From Dipteris shenzhenensis (taxonomy: Eukaryota): DNA of 64,000 bases. The notes under the pieces are model-generated. The model was not told the origin of the DNA. It did not search any database and was given only the letters and a program-made list of their open reading frames with translations. A program made the position numbers and the translations under genes. How positions within the stretch are numbered: the stretch's first letter is position 1; each line of letters starts with the position of its first letter. This document shows, piece after piece, positions 12,085 to 24,512 of this stretch. The stretch lies in assembly GCA_047967505.1 (NCBI GenBank), contig CM106538.1. One strand, given 5' to 3'.

Positions 12085-14404
12085 GGCACAATCTCTAGAA
12101 TCCAGTTTGTGCTCCTGAATAAATAAGATATCAATGGAACCCCTAGTAACACCTGGATGAAGCTGATCCTAGATTAGCTGTCTGCGGCGGCGATGTGGAA
12201 CACCACCTAGGCCTGTATGTTCCAGCTAACAATCCTCATCGACAGGAGGATGTAGAGTGGAACACCTTACCCGACCTAGTGGCAGAAACAAACCCCTCAA
12301 CAGAGAAAGACCTCCTACTCGAGGAGCGAGGAATGGAACCAAGTGGTGGAAAATCAACAGCGGAAAGAACCCTGCCACCTGGCAAAGAAGCCCTGTCAAC
12401 AGGAAACCCAATCACTGGCTCACCAAAACTACAGGGCACAACTCCTCCTCTGGGAAATCTAAAGCATCTGCCAGAGCTGAAAATGAGTTCCTGTGAATCA
12501 GGCCAGACACTGGAGTGCGAAGGATCCCTTCTGAGGGAAGAGGATCAATAGTGTAAACCATCCCCTTCCCCCTATCCAAGGGAGGAAGTGAGGACTGCAC
12601 TCGATCCTGTGTCTACACGCCGCGGAGACCTCTACTGCCTTAAGGAGAGTGTCTGGCACTGCTGGTTCTAGGGGAGAGGCTGCAACCGGGGAGGAGGTCG
12701 AAGCTGAAGCATCCCGGACTATGTGAGGTGAGACTGGAGGGACAGCCCAAGGTGAAGCAGAGTCCACTAGTGTATCCTCGTGAACTGAAGGAGAAATCTA
12801 CACACAAACTGGAACCCACTGGTATGTGTCGGGTGCCCTTGCAGGTCATGAGGCACCTGAGGTAGAAGGTGGCGGTACCAAAGGAGCACTTAGTGGAGGA
12901 GCACCCTAGCGAGTAGGAGCTATACCACCATCCTGAGGAGGACTGCCATGTGGAGGTCGAGGAGCAGGTGCTAGACCTGTACCACCCCCCTGTCGAGGCC
13001 GAGGAGCAGGTGCTGGACCTATACCACCCCCCTGTTGAGGCCGTGGGGCGGTAGCTATACCAGAGGGCTTCTTGGGTCTTTTCTTCTTCCTGGGGCAATC
13101 CCTGGCAAAGTGTCCAATGGTCATCCATATCCTGCATTGGTCTTGCCTACTTGTAATCTCTACTCTCTGGCAAAAAAAGGAACCATCCGGGTGCTGGATC
13201 ATAACATGGTCCATCGTGAGGTTCAGATCCTTACAGAGGACCCTAACTCTAGGTACCCCATCAGCCTTGGTTGCCTCTACTGTAGTCAATGGCAGCCCAG
13301 GGAGGGGTGGGATCTCAGCAACCGCGCCGAAATGCTCCCCAATAACAAAAAAGAAGTTGATGGTAAACCTAAGGAAGCCCGGGAAATCTGATGAAGAGCA
13401 AAAAGATTTCCTTATCTGCCTCCACTGGGTCAAAACTAATATCAAAGGCATTAAAGAAGATCTTCCTATGTCCCAGGTGTAAAAACTCAGCTTTGAGCAC
13501 TGTGCTCGCAGCCTCTGGGAGTGTCAAAAACAACCTAGAAAAAACCTCGTCCTAGAAGACGAACATCTAACAATCGTGGAGTGAGGTCTGGTGGGGGGAG
13601 AGCCGCAAGCATCCAGTCTCTGGCTTGGGATCTAGAAGGGTGAGACCCTTCACTTGGAAAGTGGTCCGTCTTGTGGAGGGTTAGTCCTATGGAGGAGGCT
13701 TCATAGGCACAAAGGCTAGCCATCGCAGAATGGTGGTGTGGACCTGTTCTGGAGTAAATTTGTTTGGTAGGTCGTGAGTTGTCTTGGAGGCATCTCTGAT
13801 GACCCAATGTGTGTGTTTGCGGAGGACTGTGAGGCAGATGATTGCTTAAATGGGGAGGAGGTGGTGTGGGGTTGGGGAAATTTAGGTAAGTACTAAGTCG
13901 AGAACAAGGCAGGTGGTTAATATTTGTGGAGGGGCCTGGCAAGTGAGAAGTATTGGGATGGGGGGTAGAGGCGGGGGGTAGGGAGCGGGGTAGAGGGAGG
14001 GCTGAGGCAGGGAGCGGGGGAGCAAGGAAGGGGGAGCAGGCTGAGAGGGGAGGGGGCGGACTGAGCGGGAGAGGAGAGAAGGGGGTAGAGGAGAGGGAGG
14101 TAAAGGCGGGGGTAGAGGCGGGGGTAGGGAGGGGGTAGAGGAGAGGGGTGTAGAGGCGGGGGGTAGAGAGCGGGGTAGAGGGAGGGCTAAGGCAGGGAGC
14201 AGGTGAGGGGAGCGGGGTAGAGGGAGCGGGGGAGCAGGGAAGGGGAGTGGGCTGAGAGGGGAGGGGGCGGGCTGAGAGGGAGAGGAGGAGGAAGGGAGAG
14301 GCTGAGGGAGGGGGAGGGCGAGGGGTTGAGGGCAAGGGAGGGGGCTGAGGGAGGGGCTGAAGGAGATGGGGGCAACAAGGGAGCGGGGAGGAGCAGCAGC
14401 TCAG
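12085..14404 (-). mobile_element. L1 LINE copy A, upstream segment (C-rich 5' UTR, ORF1, ORF2 start)
   Basis: ORFs 13535-14449 and 12906-13451 (QCRIWMTIGHFARDCP, decayed CCHC knuckle); ORF2 ATG at 12239; G-rich tract 13970-14400 ends with the same GCAGCAGCTCAG seen at the 5' end of copy B. Confidence 0.88.
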
Positions 14405-14439
14405 AATTTTGTTGTGTGTAGATTTTTCTCCTCCTTCAG

Positions 14440-16500
14440 GTTTAGCCATAGTCCTCCCTGATATTAGTGACTTTTATCTTCAGTTGCTCGTATCAGAAGG
14501 GGTGAGATTCCTCTGGCATGAGATAGATATCCGCCAGCAGTTGGCTGCCCTCCAAAGGGAGGAAACATATGCTTGGATTCAGGAGTGCCTTGCTACAGCA
14601 AGGGCTCAGCAGCAGTCACTCTTAGATCAAAGAGCAGAGTATGCCTTTCATGCCAGAGAGTCATTTTGGACTCAGACGGGAGGTAGGGTCAACAAGCAGT
14701 TCTTCTCTACTCTTGGCCCCAAACATAGTAAGGAGAGCGTCTCACAGCTTGTTTACTCCAGACATATCCAGATGCCGTCTTGCAAGTTGTCACCAATTTC
14801 TATGCCTCCCTTCTTACAGCAGATCCTGACACTCAAGCCACAGATGATGCTAGAGTGGTTATTTGGCGACACTTACCTGGGTTGGTGACAGGGGATATGA
14901 CTATTTCACTTGATGCACCCTTCACCAATGTAGAGTTCAGGGCTGCTCTCTCTGCTCTTCACAAGGGAAAGTGTCCTGGTTCAGATGGACTTAACCCTTA
15001 TTTTTTATTACTTTTTAGGATCAGATTGGGGATCACATTACCTCAGCCATGCAGGGTGTATGGGACTCAGGTGAGATGCCAAAAGGAGGGCCTCATTCAT
15101 TTGATTCCAAAAGGAGGTTGCAAGAATTTAGTGTCTCAGTGGAGACCGATTACCTTGCTGGGTACCTTGTACAAAATCCTAGCTAAAGCTATCAGCCTTC
15201 GTCTACATCCCTTTCTACCATATCTTATGCATGATATGCAGACGGGTTTTGTGCATGGCAGGAGCATCTTTGATAACATTTCTCATTTTGGGAGGCTTCG
15301 GATTGGGCCATGCATAATGGCCACAGGCTGGCAATTCTACTCTTGGACTTTGAGAAAGCTTATGACAAGGTAGACTGGGGCTTTCTAGAAGGTACACTTA
15401 CTCGTTTTGGCTTCTCAAATGCATGGATCAGAGGGGTGTCAAACCTCTACAGATCAGCCCACAGCCAAGTTCTTATTGGTGGAGTCAGGGGGGACAGGTT
15501 TGAGATTACCAGATGAGTTTGTTAGGGATGCCCCTTAGCCTTCTTTTTATTCCCTTTTTGGGCTGAGGCTATGAGCTATTACATTAGAGCTCAAACTGGG
15601 ATTGTAGGGCTCAGGCATCCTCTGAGGCAGGAGGATGAGCTCTTAGACAGTGAGTTGGCAGATGATACGGCTATTTTTTTGGATGCCACTCCACACTGAA
15701 TTCATTCAGGACAGCATTGTATTTGTTTTGCATTGCGGTAGGTGCACACATTAATTGGAACAAATCCAATGGTTTTATGATCAGTGATGAGGACACTCCA
15801 GTCTGGGGATTGACATAGGATTCACTTGGATTCAGAGGGGAGTCTCCATCCAGTATCTAGGATGCCAGGTTTGGGTGGGCATCTCTCCAGCACAACAATT
15901 TGCTCCCGTGTTGGAGAGTACCAGGAGGAAACTCATCTTTTGGAGTTCAGCCAGACTTGACCTTGCATCCAGAGTTGTGGTTGTGAACCAAGTATTATTG
16001 GCCACTGCCTGGTATTATTGGCAGCAGATGGATCTTTACTTCAGCCCATCTCAAATCTCCCCCTTCCCCTCTCATGGCTTCTATTATGAAAGCTTGGGGC
16101 TGATTCAGAAACACACTTCGCAGAGTTCCACCCACCTCTCGTGAAGAAATTCACAAGCAGTCAGTCATGTGGAATGACTCGATTTTGGATGACCTTGGCA
16201 GGCCACTTGGAGTGTCACATTATATGCAGTGGTCTAGATGGGAGAGGGAACTTGCTTCTACTGTAGGCGCTTGGCATTGCAGCTTAGCATATTTGGAGAG
16301 CCAGGTGTACAGAGGCGATGGAGGGTATCCAGGTTCACCCCTCCCAAGCTATGGTCAGTATTTGGACCGACACAGTACACACTCTGATGGCCATTTGGGC
16401 GAGCATGCAGGGACCCTCCAGAGCAACGCCACTGCTAGGAGAGTTACTTTTTTCAGAGTTTGGAGAGGATCTCCTTTCTTCTCTGAGTCTCCTTCAGGGT
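14440..16500 (+). mobile_element. L1 ORF2 fragment (linker, RT, deleted C-terminus)
   Basis: KGKCPGSDG, QWRPITLLGTLYKILAK, LDFEKAYDKVDW, WSSARLDLASRVVVVNQVLLA. Confidence 0.88.
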
Positions 16501-18775
16501 CATCAGTGCCCTTCATCAATCCATTCCCACTCCCCTGGGTCCCACTGCAAGAACCTGATTGAAGAACCACCATATAACCAGAGTCTCCAAGACCCAAGTG
16601 CCAGGAGAACGGGGTCAGGATCAAGATACCACTGAATCCGTGCCCCACTCCATGTATACTGCAATCCTAACAGGTTGGAAGGCAACCTCCAAAAGAATAT
16701 AATTTGAGGGTCTGAGAAGTCTGTCTCCCGACTGAACATCAAATACAAGGGTCTCATCATGTGCATCCCCAGGGCAATGACCTATAAAGGGACACCCGTC
16801 CCCGAAAAGGCTCCCAACCAAGTGGACTCTGTGATCGGTAAGTCATTTGTATCTATCCACTCTACTGGTATGGCTGTCTCTGTCTCCTGCATCTGTCTAA
16901 AAGCCTTCCAGGCACCTATCATGGAAGCAAGTCCCCTCTCCCATCTAGACCACTACATATAATGTGACATGCCGAGTGATCTGCCATGCTCATCCAATAT
17001 GGATTCATTCCACATAACCGGTTGCCTATCTATTTCTTCGCGAGAGGAGGGTGTAACTCTCCGAAGAATGTCTATGAAGCTGTCCCAAGCTTTCAGAATG
17101 GAAGCCATGAGAGGGGAAGAGGGTGACCTAAGATGGGCTGAAGTTAAAATCCATCTGGAGCTGTCCATCCAATCTCCCCCATGAGAAGGAGTACAAGACT
17201 GAATGCTGCGTAGGAAAAAGTCCTTCCAAGGCTCTTGTCCAGGCATCAAACCTCTCACAACAAATTTGCAGAGCAAGGCCATACACTGTGAATTTGGATA
17301 TTAAGACCTCCTTCCCCAGTGGGGAGAATGAGGGTCTCCCAAGCCACCTGGCTATAACATCTAAGGTGCCATCTAACCCACTCCAAAGAAAGTTCTTGCT
17401 GACAGGTCTCATTAGTTGAGATATGCAACCTCTAGATCTGCACCAACAAGAGCAAACAAACCAGGCAGTAGCCAATAGTACCTGATTCACAACCACTACT
17501 TTGGATGCAAGGTCAAGTCTGGCGGATCTCCAAAATAATGCTCTCCAACACGGGAGCAAACTGATGTGCTTGAGAGATGCCCATCCCAACCTGGCATCCT
17601 AAGTACCTGATGGAAGCACCCCTCTAAATCCAAGTGAACCCTATGTCAATCCCCTAGTCTGGATTGTCCTCATCACTAATCCAAAAGCCATTGGATTTGT
17701 TCCAATTAATATGGGCCCCTGTTGCAGTGCAAAACAAATCCAAGGCTGTTTGAAAGAGGTGAGTGTATGTGGTGTGGCATCCAAAAAAACAGCCGTATCA
17801 TCTGGCAACTCACTATCCAAAAGCTTATCCTCTTGCCTCTACGGAAGACTCAGCCCTATAATATCAGCTTGAGCTCTAATGTAGTAGCTCATAGCTTCAG
17901 CCGCAAATAAAAAGAGAAAGGGGGCTAAAGGGCATCCTTGACGGACCGATCTGGTAATCTGAAATCTGTCTCCCCTGACTCCACCAATGAGAACCTAGCT
18001 ATGGTCTGCTCTGTAGAGAGCTGAGTACCCTCTGATCCATGCATCTATGAATCCAAAGCGAGAGAGGGTACCCTCTAGAAAACCCCAGTCTACTCTATCA
18101 TAAGCTTTCTCAAAGTATAGGAGTAGAATGACAAGCCTATGATTATTATGTATGCCCCATTCAAAAGCCTCCCAGAATGGAAAATATTATTAAAGATGCT
18201 CCTGCCATGTGCAAAACCTGTCTGTGTATCATGTATAAGATCTGGAAGAAAGGGCTACATGCGTAGGCTTATTGATTTTGCCAGGATTTTGTACAAAGTG
18301 CCCACCAAAGAGATCGGTCTCCACTGCGACACTAAATTCCTGCAACCCCCTTTAGGGACAAGATGAATGAGGCCCTCAGTAAGTGGGTCTTGCATCTCAC
18401 CCCAGTCCCAAACACTCTACAGGGCTGAGGTGATGTGATCCCCAATCTGATCCCAAAATGAAATAAAGAAAGAGGGTGTAAGGCCATTTGAACCAGGACA
18501 CTTGCCCTTGTGAAGGGCAGAGAGATCAGTCTTGAACTCTATGTTGGTGAATGGTGTATTAAGTGAGACTATCATATCTACAGTCACCAACATAGATAAA
18601 TGCTGCCAAATAATACCTCGAGCATCATCTGTGGCCTAAGTGTCAGGATTTGCTATAAGAAGGGAGGCATAGAAATCTATAGCTACTTGCAAGACGGTAT
18701 CTGGATGTGTCTGTAAAACTCTGTCTGAGTCAACAAGATGTGAAACACTCTCCCTACTATGTCTGGGGCCAAATC
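16501..18775 (-). mobile_element. L1 ORF2 fragment (RT region), convergent with 14440-16500
   Basis: ORFs 17128-17589 and 16953-17282; reverse-complement similarity to 14700-16250. Confidence 0.87.
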
Positions 18776-19049
18776 TTTGTCTTTCCTACGACTCTCTTCT
18801 GGAAAATCTTTTGCATCTTCCACTTTTAAATTCTTCAAAGATTCACTTTCTAGCCCTGAATATCCCTATCTTCCTTCTGACAATCCTGTTTTGAGTCACA
18901 TTATCCTGCTTCTTCCCAATGCACACACTTTCAGCATCATTAGAATCCTTCTTAGCAAGAGAATGAAGCACATAGCTTGATAGGTCTGAGTTCTGGTAGT
19001 ATTTTATTGAGGACTGCTAAGTAGATCCTTGTTCCTTCAATCTCCTGTC

Positions 19050-20491
19050 TCAACAGATCATGTAGACACCTATCACTAGCAAACTGCTGAATATGTGTTT
19101 ACAGTTCCTTGTTTGATCCACCCGCGTCCACATCTGGAAGGATCAACCCATGGAGTCTAAGTCTCATTCTGTATCATGTCTAGCTACATGGACATCCTGC
19201 TGCTGTCTTGTACGAGGTGGTGGTTGGACCTGTAATGCAGGGCAGGCTCTCGCAAGGTGCCCCATCTATGTCAACAACAAAGGCACTACCATAGAAGCTT
19301 CGAAACCTCGACCTCTAGTGGAAGGAGACCCCATCCAAGGGTCTAAAGAAATATCTCCTAAGGCAAGGACTCTTGGTACTCTGTTATTATCCTAAGTCAA
19401 GGGACCCCGTAGTCCATTAGAATCAAGGCTGTTATGGGCAGAGACTCTAACTCTATGGAAAAACACCTCCAATAGAAGACAAAATGGAGCTATACTCCTT
19501 CGAAATGCTGGGGAACCTGAGGGTCATTGGAAAGCGTGGGACATGGTACGTTGAATCCATGTCCAGTGTGAAGACATGGTACCATGAAATGACGAGCACT
19601 AGGTGTGGGCTGAGGAATCAGGCTCTGCTCCTCAAGTGCATGGGTGATATCAAGGGAGCTTAGATGGACAAGAAAAATGCTTTTCCTATAGATGGTAACC
19701 TTCTAGATGTGATCACCCTCTAAGGCCAAGATTGCTTGTATCCAATCACGGACCTGGCTCTGAGTAGTCATGAGGCCAACAATGCGGCCCACCAATGCTC
19801 TATCCTAGAGGGACTGGATGGCAATCTTCACCTGTTGCTTGTCCTCCACGAAGAGAGAAATACGAATGGGTTAGGGAGTCGAGAGAGCAACCACTGAAGC
19901 CCCTCTAGCCAAACCCAAAAAAGGTCACTACCAAGATTCACTACTTTGAAAAACGAACAAAGGACCTGTTCCTGTTGTGCGGAAGAAGGGGAAGCAATAA
20001 CGGGACAAAATCGAGAGAAAAGTAAGAAAAAAGTCCTAGAGAATTGCAGGAAAAGATAGAAAAAACCTTTCTTCCCCAGGGATTTCAGCAACACTTGCTT
20101 TGACCCCTTTTGGACTGGCAGCAAGCCAAGGTGGCTGAGGCTAGACAGGCTGGGGGAGAGGGCAGAAAAGCCCCCTGATGGCAGAAAAACGGGCTGCCAA
20201 CAGGCAGGGGAGGCGGGGTGCCGGGGGGGGGGGTGTGGTGGCCCAAGCTCCATAACTGCTCCAAAGCAGTTCAAAACAGAGGGGAGACCCATCCAACAGT
20301 TGTGCAATGGCGCTAGAAAGGGGGGGCTGAGAAAGGCTGCACCTGAGTGCAGGCTCAGGTTGCAGTCGAAAAGGGGGGGAAAGGTGGCCAAAATGTGCCT
20401 CAAGGGGTGCGTGCTCAAGTCGCAGTGGAAAAGGGGGGAAGGCGGCAGGTGGGGAGAAGAGGGACAGTGTCTCAGGGGGGGGGGGGGGGGG
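19050..20491 (-). mobile_element. Degraded L1 5' UTR and ORF1, probably the 5' part of the 16501-18775 copy
   Basis: Minus-strand GHLARACP knuckle remnant near 19240-19265; similarity to ORF1 of copies A and B near 19680-19790; G-run at 20475-20491. Confidence 0.6.
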
Positions 20492-20492
20492 T

Positions 20493-21945
20493 TCCTAACA
20501 CTTCTGGAAGTATTACCGGAGGCCTAGGGCCACTGGTGCGAGAAGCGAGTAAGACATGCCATAAGTGTCACTGATGGTACGTAGGCGAGTGCTTGTCGAT
20601 GGTGTCAACTATGTGCAAGCCGTAGATGTGTCAACTATGTGCAAGCGGTACAAGTGCTGAAGTGATGTGAGCAAGAAGAAGACCAAAGCGGAACAACATC
20701 ATGAAAGCCAACCCTCGACATGAACGGCAAGAACTTCAAGCACATGACACAGGTCCGTTGTACCAGGTGAAGGGAGAGGAGGGGAGGAGAACACAACGGA
20801 AAGAGATTTTAGAGTAGCGAGCAGAGATGGAGAGTAGCATAACTCATTAGAAAGCAAGATGAGTGATACACCCCCAGAAGATACACACGAGGCGAGCTCT
20901 TGACTCTAGCCTCTCACTCCTTCACTCATGCCTCTCGCCCCTGCTAGAATGTCCCTCCCCCTTTCCCCTTTCCCCCTCTTCACCTTCTCCTCCTCTGCTC
21001 CACCCCCCGCTGCCAATCTCCTCTCCTTCTTCCTATTGGATGTCTTCTTCCACCCTTAGCCATCCTTAGCCATTCCACCGTTTGTGGGCCGCTCTGTCCT
21101 TGATGGCTTCCGCAACAATCTAGCCTGTTCCGGGTCAGTGAATCCCGTGCTCCATGTGTTCTCCTGTCTATTCCATGCGCTCTTGACACTAGTTGGTTGC
21201 GAGGGTTGGTGCACCACCTATACCTCTTAACTGTTGGACTGCTTCCCATGTGCACCAACAGGTGTATCCCGTGTACCATTGCGCCAGTACTTCCCTCTGA
21301 TCGACTTTGACCATGGTGAGTCGAGGTTGAGGTTTGGCACTCTTCAGTCATGTATTGCTTCCGTCATACCCAAGTCATGTCCATGTCAAGTCATGTCCAA
21401 GTCTGTTCCAGAGTGACCAAGATGTGAACATATGTGAACATGCTGCGACTAGGTATGACCAAGGTCTAACAACTTGGCATGTTGCTGAGGTGACCATGAC
21501 ATGACCGAGGTGTGACTCTTGGTGGGTCGCCATAAACTTTGATTACAACAGACAGAGAGAGCCGGGGGGGGGGGGGGGGGGGGGGGGGGGCTCGAGTAGC
21601 AGGTGGGTTGAGGCAGGGATGAGAGGGAGCAGGAGCAGGGAGAGCCTCTGTTTGCCAAAGTAATTGGGCTTGCATGTTGAGTATGCACCTATGAGAGAAA
21701 TGGAGAAGGCACAACAACTCTTTTAGATTCCCGCAAGGAGTAACACAACAACTATGCCACTGTAGTGGAGTTAATCCTTGAGCAATGGCTTTCTAGTGAA
21801 GAATCCCATGTGTAAAGGATAAAGGTAAAAGATCACCAAACAATGGAAAGGAAGGAGATCCAGACCTTAAGGCCAATGGAAGACCGGATGAGCTACAAGC
21901 TCACAAATCTTGTTAGTCATTACCTGAGTTGTGCTCTGGTGCCGT
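20493..21945. mobile_element. Unclassified repeat, possibly an LTR-element non-coding remnant
   Basis: Short internal direct repeats (TGTCAACTATGTGCAAGC x2, ATGTGAACAT x2) and a degenerate reverse-PBS-like GCTCTGGTGCC near 21933; no coding motif found. Confidence 0.3.
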
Positions 21946-22399
21946 CTAGTGTACCTTGGTGCACATCTCTTAAAGCACAGGAAGCACCTTCCTGTGCAAG
22001 TGACCTAGGTTGGTGGTACTGATGGTAATATCTTGATATGCTTGGCCAGACATGCTTTATTGTTCTTGTAATGCCATAGCCAAGGTGACCCATAAATTAT
22101 AAACTCGTAGGAGACATCAAAAAGGTCCTAACTAGTCTTTTCTGGCAGCCAAGATTTTCCCAGCCAAGTGGGGATATCTAGTACTCCAATAGTGCAGCAT
22201 TCACAAACACTCTCACAGTCTATCCCTCGGGTATCCAATTGAAACCTATCGTACTTACTAAAAAACGTATTGACTTATGCCCATCCTCATACTTGAGAGC
22301 ATGTCTCAATGAATCCTTTGAAATTCTCTTACGATGTATCTCATGTCCTTCCATAAGTTATCTCGATTGTCTTGTGTCCTCCCCTAATATACTCCATCT

Positions 22400-22760
22400 C
22401 TAAGACAGAGACCCTGTCCAATGCTGTCTAAAATTTCCTCCTCAAAGGAAGACAGAGATTTTATCTCATAAACTCGTCCCCAAGGCTTGAAGACATTGAC
22501 CCATTACCTGCGCAGACTGCATTAAAAGGGGGGGCAAAAGACAAGGAGCCAAGGGGCAGACCTAGTATGGGGAGAGGTATCACGTTTATCCCTCCAATGA
22601 TCACACTTCTATAAATGTCTGACATCCGTATGACCCAAAGGTCTGAAAATGCCATCCAGTTTTGATATTGCTCAAGAGATCCAATCAAGACTGTTGTGGT
22701 ATCTCTCAAAGTGGATGACAAAAATTTAAAATCTTGCTGGCCACACTCTGCCAACGACCT
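22400..22760 (-). pseudogene. Highly eroded L1 RT remnant
   Basis: FSDLWVIRMSDIYRSVIIGG resembles FSNAWIRGVSNLYRSAHSQVLIGG in the L1 copies of this window. Confidence 0.4.
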
Positions 22761-23211
22761 CCACCTTGCAAGCCATTCCTCTGAGCTCCATTGGCATAAT
22801 AAGGAGAGATCGTCACCTTCTGGGAATGAGATGAATCAAGACTGTAGTTGAACTAGCATGAAATGATTGTTCCAAAAGGCATCAGGCAATGCCGACCCTA
22901 TTGATCCCGATGTTATAAGAAGAAGACTTTGGAAAAGACCATGCTCGCCTTAGTACTTGCCCATTTAGAGTGTCCAAGGTCTCCTGCTCTAACAAAGGTA
23001 TCTCCCTATATATACTGTAGTTTCAAAACCTGATCCTAAAAGAGCTGTGAAATGAAAGGTATGTAACAAATTCCAAGTGGACATATAATTGATGTATCAG
23101 GTTCTTAGCACAAGGTTTGTGGATGTAGACAAAACCATACTATTATTTAATAAATGATGAGAAGCATATATCTTTTAGAGTGGCACCACTTTTGAGAATG
23201 GGATCACTAAC

Positions 23212-23550
23212 CAGCAAATACATTAAAGGATAAAGAGTTTCCACCAACTCTCTGCTCATTGTTGGAAACGTAAACACTTTGAGGCCCCAATTTATCTACA
23301 ATAAAGCTAATGTTGTTGTACCCATTTCGGTCAATAGTTACATTAAAGTCAGGGTTACTCGTGAAATTCGTCTTTAAATCCACCACAGTCACATTCCATG
23401 AGTAAGCAAGATCAGACCTCCCAGTTTTCGCTGCTACTACATTGCCATATGCATCCTTGAGTGCCACTATCAACTTTATTGTGTCACCTGGATGATATAT
23501 ACGAGAACTTTCTGCCCAATACATTGCAGAAGACAGTGGGTCGATATCAC
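23212..23550 (-). CDS. GEX2: GEX2-like protein, exon 3 (113 codons, filamin/Ig-like repeat)
   Basis: GDIDPLSSAMYW...PGDTIKLIVALKDAYGN...GYNNISF...GGNSLSFNVFAG fits the GEX2 repeat pattern as I recall it (GP.....S...W....AG.......KDAFGN...F.V..G); tgcag acceptor and G/gttag donor, phase 1-1. Confidence 0.75.
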
Positions 23551-23767
23551 CTGCATTTGGCCACGTAAAGGTCATCAATTTCATAGCACTTATTCACCAC
23601 ACGGTTTAGATTCACTTTCAGTGATACGTTATCAGAGAAATGAAATACTTCAGAAAGATCAGGACAATAGACAGACAGAGATACGTGATCAATTGACGCA
23701 ATTTTCCTGAAGGAAATAGTCCAGTGACGTGGGATCCAAGTTGATTTGAGCCCTACTAAAGGCTCAC

Positions 23768-24250
23768 CTGCTACAACCCTGATTATTGCTCCAAGCTGCA
23801 TAATCTCTATAAGATCGTCAGGAGAGCCAAGGTCAGTTGGTGAGGCATCATCCTTAACAATGACTCGCAGAATGTATTGTTCCATTTCGCTTGCGTGGTT
23901 ATTTTTTATCACACAACTGGCAGAGTCACCAACTCCTTTATCGAATCTGTCAACTGTGCAACTCGCTCCCGGCGCTCTCAACTCAAGGTTTGACAGCTGC
24001 CAGATTCCGACATCAATTATTTCGTCCGTCAAACGCTCTTCGTAGAGACTGCATGTGTAGCACCGCGGGCTATTCGTGCAGACGTAATCATCCTGTCGAA
24101 ATACCTTGCAACCGGGTTTATCGCAACCACTCACGTACGCGAACACGGTGAACCTGAATGGCCAGCCCTCGACTGCAGTAATTCGCTGTCCTCTGAGACT
24201 GATTCTTGTGCAGTCCTTGCTCAGCACGAAAGCACAGTTGACAAGAGTGC
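23768..24250 (-). CDS. GEX2: GEX2-like protein, exon 2 (161 codons, Cys-rich beta-type module)
   Basis: Open frame inside ORF 23547-24293 bounded by tgcag acceptor and G/gtgag donor, phase 1-1; ends IIRVVAG like a filamin/Ig repeat. Confidence 0.7.
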
Positions 24251-24349
24251 CTGCATCAGAAGGCCAGTGAGTCCTAGCATTTCGCATGCACAAGAAGAAA
24301 TGGCAGCGCTTGGCTTATCAAATTCTGGCTGCTTCGTGTGGCACTGCAC

Positions 24350-24512
24350 CTGAGAAGAAAAAGACGAGCATGATGGTAGAGAAGGAAAATTTTGCGTTGT
24401 TGCAGCTTCGCGAGGCGGTGTAGGGGGGGGTGAATCCATGGGAGAAGGAGAGGCAATCTTGTGCTGCTGCGCTCCACCTCGTCCTGCTGCTGCTGCTGCT
24501 GCTCGTGCTCAT
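24350..24512 (-). CDS. GEX2: GEX2-like Ig/filamin-repeat protein, exon 1 (N-terminus, start of hydrophobic signal or anchor)
   Basis: MSTSSSSSS...FSFSTIMLVFFFSG; GT donor at 24349 and CAG acceptor at 24251 (99 bp phase-1 intron) join the hydrophobic run to TLVNCAFVLS. Start codon not certain. Confidence 0.55.

Noticed and set aside
18776-19050. Possible fourth exon of the GEX2-like gene
   Set aside because: No filamin-like motif, stops in the candidate frames I read, and it is embedded between L1 segments.
23547-24293. 248-aa ORF as a single-exon gene
   Set aside because: Both ends are read-through into introns; canonical splice sites at 24250 and 23768 give a better modular model.
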